A stretch of 64,000 nt of DNA from an uncultured virus (IMG/VR IMGVR_UViG_3300044805_000534) (IMGVR_UViG_3300044805_000534); one strand, 5' to 3'. Numbered from the stretch's first letter, positions 1 through 10,005 are shown. Notes: generated by a model from the sequence alone, not told the origin. Made by a program: numbers and translations.

Positions 1-8
1 CAATATAA

Positions 9-596
9 ATGGCAGGTTTACCACATTTTAAAAATTCAACAGTAGGTCGTAATCTATTTGAACCGTTATACCTTAACCAGTTCACGGTAATTATTACCCC
101 TCCTGCATCAATCAACAATAATACAATTACCCCATTATTGGTTGAGCACGTAAAATCAATTAAAGGTTTACCAGAACAAGCTGGTACCGGTACATTGGCT
201 GAACAAAAGTACAGATTCTCTAAAAGATATTTCGCGGCAGCAGCTCCTAAGGAAACTGGTGCAAAACTTACAATTGAGTTTGAAGTCAACTTAAATGACG
301 CAAATGAAATGTATATTTACAATCAATTTAGAGCATGGGGTAACCTAGTATACGATCCATTAACTGGTCGTCAAGGTCTTAAAAAGGACTATGCTCCAAA
401 CGGTGCCAACATTTATGTAGGTATACACAACAGAGCCGGCGATATCTATAGAGAATTCACATTCTCTCCAGTATTTGTTTACGGAGATAATTTAACTGGT
501 GAAATGGATTTGAAATACGAAGGTGATGCAATCTATACAACAGCATTCCAATTCGTTGCAGATAGCTATACTGAAACCAGAAACGGACAATTCTAA
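9..596 (+). CDS. Tail tube protein (T4 gp19-like)
   Basis: 195 aa; FEPLYLNQFTV, LTIEFEVNLN, WGNLVYDPLTGRQGLKKDY and terminal F.AD pattern typical of gp19-like tubes; a sheath gene is in the same window. Confidence 0.8.
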   Translation: MAGLPHFKNSTVGRNLFEPLYLNQFTVIITPPASINNNTITPLLVEHVKSIKGLPEQAGTGTLAEQKYRFSKRYFAAAAPKETGAKLTIEFEVNLNDANEMYIYNQFRAWGNLVYDPLTGRQGLKKDYAPNGANIYVGIHNRAGDIYREFTFSPVFVYGDNLTGEMDLKYEGDAIYTTAFQFVADSYTETRNGQF

Positions 597-617
597 AAAT
601 TAAAAACCTAAAGCTAA

Positions 618-1196
618 ATGGATATTTTTAACCTAAAAAGCAGCGCTGTTAAAGACTTTAAAAGATTTATGGATATAAAGGCTCCGTCGTTTGGTGGACC
701 TAACGAAACTGAGTCATTTGATAAATCTAAAAGAAAGTCTTTAAAAGAATGGACTAATATTGCAAAAAGAGACGCTAACTTTGAAAATGGCGGAAAGAAT
801 CATAATAACGATAGTTATTGGAAAGCTTTTAATAGTGATGTACCAAGTCGTGCAGCTAAGATTAAAATCGAAGAACCTTTAAATACGACTCCAGCAATGG
901 GCGTTACAATAGTAAAAGAAAGTCATGTTCCTCAATTTGAAAACTATATGTTTGAAGAAGACGAAGAAATTAAAGACACTGAAATAGAAGAAACTCCAGA
1001 AATCGACGAAGAAGCTCTTGAAATGTTTATGGAAGAGTTTAGTGATGAACTAAAAGAAATTTTAGAAATTGCTTGCGAAAAAATGGAAATCGAAAAAGAC
1101 GAATGTGTTGAAATATTTAAAGCAGCTATTCAAAGAGTTGCAGAAATGCCAGAAGAGGACGAGTCGGAAGAATTAACTGACGAAGACGAAGAATAA
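618..1196 (+). CDS. Hypothetical acidic protein, probably late/head-associated
   Basis: 192 aa ORF directly after the tube gene; very Glu/Asp-rich C-terminal half; followed by a terminator. Confidence 0.6.
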   Translation: MDIFNLKSSAVKDFKRFMDIKAPSFGGPNETESFDKSKRKSLKEWTNIAKRDANFENGGKNHNNDSYWKAFNSDVPSRAAKIKIEEPLNTTPAMGVTIVKESHVPQFENYMFEEDEEIKDTEIEETPEIDEEALEMFMEEFSDELKEILEIACEKMEIEKDECVEIFKAAIQRVAEMPEEDESEELTDEDEE

Positions 1197-1216
1197 TATT
1201 AAATTTACTTAAATAG

Positions 1217-1244
1217 AAAAGGAGATCAATGATCTCCTTTTTTT
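1217..1244 (+). terminator. Rho-independent terminator, probably bidirectional
   Basis: AAAA-GGAGATC-AAT-GATCTCC-TTTTTTT at the junction of convergent genes. Confidence 0.85.
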
Positions 1245-1627
1245 ATGTCTTTTAGAACGGCTTGAAATTCTTGGTCTGGATCAATTACGGTAAAATCAAA
1301 CTCGACCCAAGTATATGTGGTCTTTAAGAAATTAATTGAATTCAAGATGCCAGTTGGCGAAAGCTCAGTATTTAGATAAATTAGCCTGGAATATTTCTGG
1401 TTCTTTATCTTAATAACTTTATCAATCAATTTAGAAATTTCATAATTTAATAGAAACGCTTGGACTTTATTTGGAATAAAGATTTCAGTTTGAAATTTTT
1501 CCTTTACGATCTTATTAATATTAAGAACATAGTCGCTTTTACTTTTTTTAGAAAAGCGCTCAACGAATGTTTTATAATCTCTTACGAAAACAATAGTTAA
1601 TTCTCTGGTTGCAATATCTTCTGTCAA
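1226..1627 (-). CDS. Hypothetical protein
   Basis: 133 aa ORF (TTG start), last gene of the minus-strand operon; no recognisable motif. Confidence 0.6.
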   Translation of the reverse strand: MTEDIATRELTIVFVRDYKTFVERFSKKSKSDYVLNINKIVKEKFQTEIFIPNKVQAFLLNYEISKLIDKVIKIKNQKYSRLIYLNTELSPTGILNSINFLKTTYTWVEFDFTVIDPDQEFQAVLKDIKKGDH

Positions 1628-1644
1628 AATGTGGATAACTTTTT

Positions 1645-2091
1645 TTATTCAGACTCGGTTAGAATCTGAACTACATCAACCCCTGCCTTTTTTAATAAGT
1701 CGAGACCGGCAGAGTCTCTGTATGTTTCTGAATAAACTACTCGGTTAATTCCAGCTTGTAGAATTAATTTGCTACATTCTCTACACGGAGACATTGTAAC
1801 ATAAAGAGTAGATCCCTCAGAAGATTGTGTGGATTTTGCAACTTTAGCTAATGCATTTGATTCAGCATGCAAAACGTACCACTTAGTTTCATAGTCTAAA
1901 AAGTTATTATCTTTATCAAAGATTGGAGTTTCGCACTCGTTTTCAAATCCAGAAGGGGTTCCATTATAACCATCTGCAATAATAGTATTGTTTTTTACCA
2001 ATAGAGCTCCAACCTTTTTACGACGAGCATTGGATAACTGGCCCCATTGTGACGCCATTTTCATGTATACTATATCATATCTAGTTATCAT
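1645..2091 (-). CDS. dCMP deaminase (ComEB/T4 cd family)
   Basis: KVGALLV, GYNGTPSG, HAESNA and SPCRECSK zinc-deaminase motifs. Confidence 0.93.
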   Translation of the reverse strand: MITRYDIVYMKMASQWGQLSNARRKKVGALLVKNNTIIADGYNGTPSGFENECETPIFDKDNNFLDYETKWYVLHAESNALAKVAKSTQSSEGSTLYVTMSPCRECSKLILQAGINRVVYSETYRDSAGLDLLKKAGVDVVQILTESE

Positions 2092-2966
2092 ACTTCAAAT
2101 TGGTTTACAATCCAGGTTAAAAGATCGTCTTTTTCTTGTAGAATTAAAATATCATCTTGGTCCTGTTCAACAAATTCAAAAATATCTGTAAAATCTTGAG
2201 TTGGATGGCCAGACATTGATACTAGATTAGTTTTAACTGATGGTAGTCTAGTTGGGATAAACTCGCCAAGCAGCATTTTACTAACTAACTCATAGTGTCT
2301 ATCATATATGTGATATGAATTTGCATGGTGAGTGTATGTACCAAGTTCCAATTCTGGATAAAATTCTTTTAGATGTGCTAGGGCTTGCATTTGAAGAGAA
2401 CAGAAAAATGCAACATCAGTTGGAGTACCCCAAATTGCATCATTGGATCTCATATAGACACTGAAATTTAGTTTATTATGTCTAATATGAAAAATTCCAT
2501 ACATTGTACAAACAAAATCTTTATTTCCGTTATATTGATGTTCTGGCGTATTAAAGTGAAGTATCGCCTGTCGACTGTCCTTATCTTTTGCTAAGGAAGC
2601 AACTGCCCATTCATATTGAGTAAGACCGCCTAGCGACTTTGGCTTAAATATTAAGTTACCGTATGCTGAGTTTACAGTTCCATTTGGATTTTGTATCTGT
2701 TCCCAAAATTTAGCATACTTTGAAATAAACGCAACGTCATTACGTCCGGCATAATACCATAATAATTCAGCTGCAATATATTTGGTCTGGGTTGACCTGG
2801 TCATATTAGTATACATACACTGACTTGGATCAGTAATTTCTAATGAAACATTTAGTAATTCTTTACTGGTAGTTCCTCGGGTTTCACACAAGTCGCCATT
2901 ATCAAATAAATCAATTAGTGATTTTTGGTAAGCTTCTGCGAATGATGTTCCTTTGTAAGTATGCAT
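2088..2966 (-). CDS. Thymidylate-synthase-family enzyme, dCMP hydroxymethylase (T4 gp42)-like
   Basis: VNSAYG, DSRQA, DFVCT (catalytic Cys), MRSND..WG..TD and SYHIYDRHY; Asp at the substrate-specificity position where dUMP enzymes have Asn. Confidence 0.8.
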   Translation of the reverse strand: MHTYKGTSFAEAYQKSLIDLFDNGDLCETRGTTSKELLNVSLEITDPSQCMYTNMTRSTQTKYIAAELLWYYAGRNDVAFISKYAKFWEQIQNPNGTVNSAYGNLIFKPKSLGGLTQYEWAVASLAKDKDSRQAILHFNTPEHQYNGNKDFVCTMYGIFHIRHNKLNFSVYMRSNDAIWGTPTDVAFFCSLQMQALAHLKEFYPELELGTYTHHANSYHIYDRHYELVSKMLLGEFIPTRLPSVKTNLVSMSGHPTQDFTDIFEFVEQDQDDILILQEKDDLLTWIVNQFEV

Positions 2967-2975
2967 AGGTCTATA

Positions 2976-4640
2976 TTAATTTACTCTTATATCAGAAAAA
3001 TGGTCTTTGTTTTCGACAAACACCTTAATATCAAAAAACTCTTCCGGTAATGGATCATGCGAGATTACAAACACTGTCATATTGTGCTTCTTAGCAAAAG
3101 TTTTTAACAAATCAACTACTTTGTAAATACTTACAGAATCTAGAGAAGAAAATATTTCATCTAGAAAAAGTAGATTAATTTTATTATTTTTCATTTTAAT
3201 TAATTCTAATATACACAATAGTACAATTAGATTCATTTTCTTTTGTTCGCCGGCTGATAGTGACTCTGGCGAAATTTGCATTCCAAGGTGTGTAATAATA
3301 GGATTAAATTCCAAATCAAATTCAAATGCAAACTTAAACTCAAGCATTTTAGAAGTTCTTAGAATATTCTTATTAAGTAGAGGAATAATTTGATTCATTA
3401 GGATACGTTTCATTCCGTTATCTGAAAGAATTACTTCAAGCTCTTGATTAACTGAAAGTTCCTTATCTAATTCGCCTAGATCGGTGTTAGTCGATTCAAT
3501 ATCTTCGTTTAACTGATCAATAATCTTTTGTAGATATTGAGTTTGTTTTTCTGAGTCTTGCGATTGCGTTAGCGAATCCAATTCTATTTTTGCAGAATCG
3601 ATTGCTGACGAAAGTTTTGCATGGTCGTTTCTAAATTTTTCTTGAGATGCTTCAAGATCCCTAGCTCCAGTTTCTATTTCTGAAATCTTAGTTGCTATTG
3701 GCAAAAGTTCTTCTTGAAAATTGGCTTTATTATCTTCCAGTTGCTGCTTAATTCCAATATGAACAGTATCAGTTAAATCGCTTAAGCAGTGTGGACACTT
3801 GTTTTTTGCATATATTGCTAATTTTTTATCGATCTCAGCAATATTAAATGTGCACGAAGATTTAGATTCTCTGGCAGCCTTTAACTTATTCTTAGTAGCG
3901 TCCAATTCGGTTTTAAGATCAGCATATGATAGCTTAACTTCGTCTTGTTTAGACTTGGCTCTAGTTAAAATATCGTTTAGTTGAATAATTCTGCTTTCCT
4001 TTTCTTGAGTTAAGTCTTGTTGCAGAGCTAATAATTGTTGCACTGCTTGCTCTAATAGATGTTGATTTTTAGTAAGAGCAGTTTGACTAGCGAATTGCTT
4101 GCCCTTTACTGTTTTTGCGTCTTCTTTAACCAATTGATTCATATCATTAACTAGATCTAATCCAAAGATCTTATCAATAATTTTTCGTTTATCAGCTGGG
4201 CTCAATTTAACAAAACTCTTAAAGTCATTTACTGAAAGAGAAATCGTATTTGAAAAAACATTAAATGGAATTTTAACAAGTTCTTCTTCAATAAATTCAT
4301 CAACTCTTCTTTTATCAGGTAAATTATAGTCATTTCCGTTAATTAGAATTTTAGAGAAATTTGGTTCAAGTCCTCTTTCTATTTCAACTTCATCACCATT
4401 GTTTGCGGTAAACTTTACTAAAGTATAGGCATTTTTATTGATTCTATTTGGAATCTCTTTGATTTTTCTAATACCAGATTTTCCATATATAGAAACAGTC
4501 AAGGCATCCGATATACTGGATTTACCAGACCCGTTTGTTCCTTGAACAAGAATTAAATTTGGCTCATCTGAAAATTTAAAAGTTTGTATCTTATTTCCAT
4601 ACGAGCAAATATTTTTAAATGCAAATTCCTTTATTTTCAT
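2976..4640 (-). CDS. SbcC/Rad50-like recombination ATPase (T4 gp46-like)
   Basis: Walker A GTNGSGKSS, coiled coil with CPHC zinc hook, signature LSAGE, Walker B LLFLDE, H-loop ISHD. Confidence 0.93.
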   Translation of the reverse strand: MKIKEFAFKNICSYGNKIQTFKFSDEPNLILVQGTNGSGKSSISDALTVSIYGKSGIRKIKEIPNRINKNAYTLVKFTANNGDEVEIERGLEPNFSKILINGNDYNLPDKRRVDEFIEEELVKIPFNVFSNTISLSVNDFKSFVKLSPADKRKIIDKIFGLDLVNDMNQLVKEDAKTVKGKQFASQTALTKNQHLLEQAVQQLLALQQDLTQEKESRIIQLNDILTRAKSKQDEVKLSYADLKTELDATKNKLKAARESKSSCTFNIAEIDKKLAIYAKNKCPHCLSDLTDTVHIGIKQQLEDNKANFQEELLPIATKISEIETGARDLEASQEKFRNDHAKLSSAIDSAKIELDSLTQSQDSEKQTQYLQKIIDQLNEDIESTNTDLGELDKELSVNQELEVILSDNGMKRILMNQIIPLLNKNILRTSKMLEFKFAFEFDLEFNPIITHLGMQISPESLSAGEQKKMNLIVLLCILELIKMKNNKINLLFLDEIFSSLDSVSIYKVVDLLKTFAKKHNMTVFVISHDPLPEEFFDIKVFVENKDHFSDIRVN

Positions 4641-5146
4641 AAGTCTTTTGGTTTAGGCAAGCTTATTACCTGATCTGTCAAAATTTCAGTAGAAGCAATA
4701 ACTTGCCAAGTTTTAATTTGATCATTCCATTCAATACTAGCGTTTGGATAGTCTGATACAGTATAGCTTGAAATATTACCTGTTAAAAAGTCCAGCCAGT
4801 GATATGCATGTAATTTATCAACCAATCGTGGATCATCTTGAATATTTTTAAGATCTTCTGGCGTAGCATCGGAGTTTGACTCAAGTAATTCATTTCTTAA
4901 ATCATTAACTAACTTATCCATCTCAGAATTTAATTGCTTTAATTTGATTGGATTGGTCTGAATTGTATTTGAAAATGCTGGTGCTAAACTAAATACAAGT
5001 TTTGCCTGAATCATATTTAAATCGTGTGCACAAACTGTTTCAATAGGTTCACCTTGTAAAATTCTATTGGTAGCTATAATCTTAGGAAAACCTTCGACCG
5101 GGTCAAGCTGTATTTTAACTTTATTTGTAATTCCAATATTAAACAT
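4637..5146 (-). CDS. Hypothetical protein with degenerate SET-domain-like pattern
   Basis: IIATNRILQGEPIE ... GNISSYTVSDYPNA ... VIASTEILTDQVISL; ATG at 5146 (overlapping the gp47 stop) preferred over 5182. Confidence 0.5.
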   Translation of the reverse strand: MFNIGITNKVKIQLDPVEGFPKIIATNRILQGEPIETVCAHDLNMIQAKLVFSLAPAFSNTIQTNPIKLKQLNSEMDKLVNDLRNELLESNSDATPEDLKNIQDDPRLVDKLHAYHWLDFLTGNISSYTVSDYPNASIEWNDQIKTWQVIASTEILTDQVISLPKPKDL

Positions 5147-6263
5147 AGTCTTTATCTTGTTTTGCTCTTTCCTGTATTTCAAAGAATTTTGTAATAAGAT
5201 CCTTTTTCATAACTGGAGTGTATTGTTTTGAATTTAAGTAGGTTTTAAAAATTTCAAACGCATCAAACTTATCTGAACTTGATAGGTCTAACAAAATATC
5301 AGCCGGCTTAGCTTCGGATGAATCACTACTTGTATAGGTAAAAAATTCAATTTTTCTATATTTTATCTGCTCTAATACAGCTAAGAACTGACTAAGCGGA
5401 ATTTTATTGGATAAATTAATCTCAATCATAACATCAACAAAATTATTGGTTAATAATCCTTTTAGCTGATCAATATTCATATCTAATAACTCGCATATAT
5501 CGTATTTGACATAATTTGGCGATGTTAGGTTTTCAATAAAGGTTTCTGTATAATTGTTTTTAGCATCTATTATGTAATACCCCTTAGCGTTCCCTCGATC
5601 ACCACGGTCCATCTGGTAGGGCGTTCCGGTATACAATATATTATCTTGTTCTTGTCTGTGATGGATGTGGCCAGAGTAAACCCTGTTATACTGGGATAGG
5701 GCGGTAATTTCTAATCCATGTTCAACTTTGGTCCATCTATTAAATTTAAGACCCTTAATATCTGCATGACATACAATACGATTACACATACCTGCATAGT
5801 CTGCAACATGGCCTCCTAGAGTTTTAGTATCTTCAACCCAAGGTAGCATTAGCCAATTCTCAGTTTCGTTAATTGTTAAAATCTCTGGGCTCTCAAATAC
5901 ATGGATATTTTCAGCAAGGTGTTTTAGGTGGCGAACTGAGTTAACTTGATTTGAATCTTTGTAATAGACATCATGATTACCTAATATAATAAAGACACCT
6001 CTTTTAAATACTTTAGCCAGATTTTCAAAAATTTCCATTGAATCATTTTGAATTCTAACATTAATAGATTCTCTAGAATGAAAAATATCGCCCTCTAAAA
6101 TAAGAATATCTGTTTCTGGATTAAATCCATTGTCAGCTGCCGTTTTTGGTAAAACTTCTAATAAAAATTCTTTTTGAATATCTGCCCACTCTACAGAATT
6201 GTTTCTAATTCCAAGATGGAGATCACCTACTAAAAAGATTTTGTCTATATTGTTTAACTTCAT
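5139..6263 (-). CDS. SbcD/Mre11-like nuclease (T4 gp47-like)
   Basis: Metallophosphoesterase motifs GDLHLG, GDIFH, GNHD and SGHIH; next to the gp46-like gene. Confidence 0.93.
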   Translation of the reverse strand: MKLNNIDKIFLVGDLHLGIRNNSVEWADIQKEFLLEVLPKTAADNGFNPETDILILEGDIFHSRESINVRIQNDSMEIFENLAKVFKRGVFIILGNHDVYYKDSNQVNSVRHLKHLAENIHVFESPEILTINETENWLMLPWVEDTKTLGGHVADYAGMCNRIVCHADIKGLKFNRWTKVEHGLEITALSQYNRVYSGHIHHRQEQDNILYTGTPYQMDRGDRGNAKGYYIIDAKNNYTETFIENLTSPNYVKYDICELLDMNIDQLKGLLTNNFVDVMIEINLSNKIPLSQFLAVLEQIKYRKIEFFTYTSSDSSEAKPADILLDLSSSDKFDAFEIFKTYLNSKQYTPVMKKDLITKFFEIQERAKQDKDYV

Positions 6264-6919
6264 TAAAATAACTTTTTAAATCGAACCTTACCGTCTAGTA
6301 TTCCAAATTTATTATTAAGTTCTAATAAAAGAACCTCTTTATGTTCGTATTCCATTGATTCAAACAGTCGTTTAAAATCTAGTTGAGAAATCATTGACAC
6401 GAAATCTAATACATCGATTGGTCCAATGAATGTTGTTTTTCTATTAGTTCTAACCAGTTCGCATAGTCTAGCAAACGCTAGATTTAATTCAGGTTTAGTA
6501 AATTTGCGACCCTGTGACGATATTTCCATTAAGCCAATCATAACTTCATCTGCTAGTGCAATATTATTTAGGTCTCGTTCGATAATCATCTTATCAGTAT
6601 ATCGATCAAATGATGCTGCATCCAGTAGATGACTATCAGTATGACTTGGATCTAACCTAATTCCATTGTTTTGATAAATCTCATCGCTACCTCCATCTCC
6701 ACTATTCCAAGAGTTATTGAAGATTTTATCTTCTCTCTTTAATTTTAAGTGTTGTTGATACCTTGCTTCATCGCCATCATCAATTTCAGAGTCTTCAGCT
6801 AAATCAATTTCTTCAGAATCGTCGTGACTAGAGACTTCACTATCTTCTCCATCTAAGGCTGACCAATTGTCGCCTTCGTTTGTAAATAGTTCTTCCTCTT
6901 TAACTTTTTTCTTCCACAT
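6263..6919 (-). CDS. Hypothetical protein with acidic N-terminus
   Basis: 218 aa ORF coupled to the gp47-like gene by a TAATG overlap. Confidence 0.65.
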   Translation of the reverse strand: MWKKKVKEEELFTNEGDNWSALDGEDSEVSSHDDSEEIDLAEDSEIDDGDEARYQQHLKLKREDKIFNNSWNSGDGGSDEIYQNNGIRLDPSHTDSHLLDAASFDRYTDKMIIERDLNNIALADEVMIGLMEISSQGRKFTKPELNLAFARLCELVRTNRKTTFIGPIDVLDFVSMISQLDFKRLFESMEYEHKEVLLLELNNKFGILDGKVRFKKLF

Positions 6920-6936
6920 AACTTATTGTAGTTTTT

Positions 6937-8424
6937 TTATAAATTTTCTAAAATGTCGCTATGTTCTCCAAACTGCTTGATAGTAGGCGCAATGGTCAAC
7001 TGCGGTTTAGGTTGGACATTTGCATACTGTAGACGTAAATCATCTTCGATTGCAGAAATATCATCGTCATCCGAGTAGTATTCGCTAGCTGGATCAGTTT
7101 CTTCGACAAGTCTAGAGAAATCGTAATTCATTCGATACATTTTAAAGCTTTCCGTATAGCCTTCATCACGGTTAGCAATAACCTTAATTTTAATTCGTTT
7201 TTCCATTGGACCTCGCATCAATCCATAAAGAGAGTCAACTGTATGGACAAGACCAAATGATTCTGCAATATCTGACATTCCAATATTTTGATCGTCTACT
7301 GCATCACGTTTAATTTGAGTTGCAGTAATAATAGTCCATTCATTTCGTTGAGCTACTGCTCTTAATTCTTCAGAAATTACTTTGATTTTCTCGTAAGTAT
7401 TTCCCTGCTCACGCATAGGTCTCATTAAATTAATATAGTCAACTATTATAATTTGCATGTGTTGACCTGTACTTTCCTGTACCTTTAGGAAATAGTTCTC
7501 AATATCAACTGCGGTTGCGCTACCGGTTGCAAACTCTTTAATCCAAAGTTCTCCAGGATTGGAGCCGCTTTGTTTAAATTGTTCAATTTTAGCTTCAATT
7601 AACTGGGTACGATCCGCTGAAGTAATATCATTATAGTGATTAGATTGAATATTTAAGATATTCGAACCTAGTCTCTTCATATATTTAGTATCGGATAATT
7701 CTAGTGTTGCAACTCCAGTTTGACAACCTGTCATAAATGCACGAGCTGCAATATTAGAAAGAACCATGGATTTACCAACTTTAGGTCTACCTTGGAAAAC
7801 AACTAGGGTTTTAGGGTTCCAGCCGCCGCCCTGCGTTTTATCAAGAAACGGAAAGCCAGTTGGAGTACCTATTTTAGAAACTTGAACGTGATCTACTGCA
7901 TTAAAAAAGTTTAGACCAGATTCAGCATTACTAAAAGAAACATTTAGGTTTGTATTTAGCTTAGTCCTAACTTGATCTGTAATAATATTAACATTCTCTG
8001 GACTAATTTCAGTAGTCTTTAAAAATGATAAAATATCAATAATCGAAGAGTTAAGATTCTTAATTAAAATAAACGACTTTGTATATTTAGTTAAGAATTC
8101 ATAATTGTATTCTCCTAAGTTTACACTCAATAGAGTATCAAAATGCTCGTCAGATATTTCATAACTAGCTAGGTTAAGTAGTTGACGAATTTCTGTTTTA
8201 GACGGAACTTTATGATATTCTTTATAATAGTTTTTTACTACTTTAAAAATATTACCAAGATCATCATTATTGAAGTACTGGGTCTTCATTTTAGGAATTA
8301 CTTCCCGTATATCAAGAGCCTCCACATTCTTTGGGCGAATTAGTGTTTCGTTATTATCATCCATTAGAATGAAGTTAAGAATAACTTTCTCCAGTAACTC
8401 AATATTTTCTTTAAAGTCTATCAT
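6937..8424 (-). CDS. Replicative DnaB-family helicase (T4 gp41-like)
   Basis: Walker A GRPKVGKS, TLEL, IIVDYINL, TATQ and SDIAESFGL motifs. Confidence 0.92.
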   Translation of the reverse strand: MIDFKENIELLEKVILNFILMDDNNETLIRPKNVEALDIREVIPKMKTQYFNNDDLGNIFKVVKNYYKEYHKVPSKTEIRQLLNLASYEISDEHFDTLLSVNLGEYNYEFLTKYTKSFILIKNLNSSIIDILSFLKTTEISPENVNIITDQVRTKLNTNLNVSFSNAESGLNFFNAVDHVQVSKIGTPTGFPFLDKTQGGGWNPKTLVVFQGRPKVGKSMVLSNIAARAFMTGCQTGVATLELSDTKYMKRLGSNILNIQSNHYNDITSADRTQLIEAKIEQFKQSGSNPGELWIKEFATGSATAVDIENYFLKVQESTGQHMQIIIVDYINLMRPMREQGNTYEKIKVISEELRAVAQRNEWTIITATQIKRDAVDDQNIGMSDIAESFGLVHTVDSLYGLMRGPMEKRIKIKVIANRDEGYTESFKMYRMNYDFSRLVEETDPASEYYSDDDDISAIEDDLRLQYANVQPKPQLTIAPTIKQFGEHSDILENL

Positions 8425-8429
8425 ATTTT

Positions 8430-8774
8430 TTAGTTATACAGTTCGTTAAATACTGCTTTATTAATATACAAAAATTCTCCTCTTTTAATCAGAGTTTCTG
8501 CATCCATTAATTTTTTAATTACAATTCGTAGTTTATCTTTGAAACCTGGAGTTACCTCGTTTTCATTAAATACATACTTAAGGGTTTTTGCTGAAAATTT
8601 CAAATCAGCTGGATTGAAGTTTTTATCCTTTATTTCACAAACCTTAATAATATATTGAATAATATCAACCATAAAATCAGTTTCGGTTGGATATGACGGA
8701 AGCACTCTGTGTAAACCTAACTCATATTTAATTGGAAGCTCCGACTTAAGTTTAAAACTAATCTTCGGCTCCAT
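8430..8774 (-). CDS. Hypothetical protein
   Basis: 114 aa ORF between the recombinase and helicase, the position held by gp40 in T4. Confidence 0.6.
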   Translation of the reverse strand: MEPKISFKLKSELPIKYELGLHRVLPSYPTETDFMVDIIQYIIKVCEIKDKNFNPADLKFSAKTLKYVFNENEVTPGFKDKLRIVIKKLMDAETLIKRGEFLYINKAVFNELYN

Positions 8775-9951
8775 CTAAATCTGTAATTTCTGTTAGTTCA
8801 TCAGTTTCCATATCGACAATACCGTCTTGAGTTTCAGGGAATTTAAAGGTTGGCTTAATAATGTTTTCATCAAGTTCATGTAGAACCTCATTTGTAAAAA
8901 GCCTAGCTGAGAAAAATTCTTTAACTGGAACGGCATCTCCATTGTGTCTTACAATATAAGTTTTTCCAAGTTTTTTAGGATAAAAATAGACAGTCTCTCC
9001 ATTTAATTCAAATGGTGAAACAATTTCTTGCTCCTCTGGCTTCATCTTATCAAACTCTTTTTGAGTTATAATTACGCCTCTGCCAACTCCACAGTTTTCC
9101 CAATTTACATATTGTTCTAATCCAACAAATGGATTCATACCTTTATGAAAAGAGATATGGAATTCAATATCAAGCGGACGAGCTAAACGATTCTTTTTGG
9201 TTTTACTGCGAACAATAATTCCAGTTGTAGTTTTGTTTTCGTCACGAAGTGTTCCTTTGCTTAGCATTAAAATAATTGAAGCTGAAAACTCTGGACCACC
9301 ACCGCCTGACATACCCTTTGGCGTATACTGATCCATTGACGCATAGGTGTGATTTGTAAAAATGAAGGGAACTTTATAATTCGAAAGATCTAGTGTTAAA
9401 GATTTAAAAAGGGATCGCATTTCCTTTGCACGAAGACCCATATCTGAAGCATTTTTACCTGCATCCATATCTCGTTTGCTCTTGTCTGTGTCTAACATTC
9501 CAACTGAGTCAACAAATAGCGCGATTTTAAGACCTGGATTTTCTTTGATTGTGTCAATTAGGTCATTAATATAGAATTTTACCTCGCTAATAAGACCCAT
9601 ACGTAGATATTTTAATTTAGAAAGGTCTACTCCAAATTTTACATAGTCATGTGAATCGATTGCGCCTTCGGTATCAATGTAGATAACCATGTAATCTTTT
9701 TTCTGTAATTCACGAACTGCATTTAAGCAGAGGAAGGTTTTACCAGCACCAGAGTCTCCAGCAATTCCAATACTTCGAGTATTTGGATAACCTCCAAACA
9801 AGGAGCCTGACATTTGTGCGTTTAGTAAAAAGTTGCCTGTTGGAATATACTCCTCGATATCGGAGAAGCCACGAATTTCAATTTTAGATTTTACTTTCTT
9901 TTCAAGTAAATCATTAAATTTTGCGAATGCATCTAGTGTAGATTTTGCCAT
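8758..9951 (-). CDS. uvsX: RecA/UvsX-like recombinase
   Basis: IPTG..LN, Walker A GDSGAGKT, YIDTEGA, FVDSVGML, TNHTY, MSGGGG. Confidence 0.9.
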   Translation of the reverse strand: MAKSTLDAFAKFNDLLEKKVKSKIEIRGFSDIEEYIPTGNFLLNAQMSGSLFGGYPNTRSIGIAGDSGAGKTFLCLNAVRELQKKDYMVIYIDTEGAIDSHDYVKFGVDLSKLKYLRMGLISEVKFYINDLIDTIKENPGLKIALFVDSVGMLDTDKSKRDMDAGKNASDMGLRAKEMRSLFKSLTLDLSNYKVPFIFTNHTYASMDQYTPKGMSGGGGPEFSASIILMLSKGTLRDENKTTTGIIVRSKTKKNRLARPLDIEFHISFHKGMNPFVGLEQYVNWENCGVGRGVIITQKEFDKMKPEEQEIVSPFELNGETVYFYPKKLGKTYIVRHNGDAVPVKEFFSARLFTNEVLHELDENIIKPTFKFPETQDGIVDMETDELTEITDLDGAED

Positions 9952-10005
9952 AAATATTTAATCCTTTTGTTATATCCTCTTTTACACAGAAGGGGATAAA
10001 GGATC

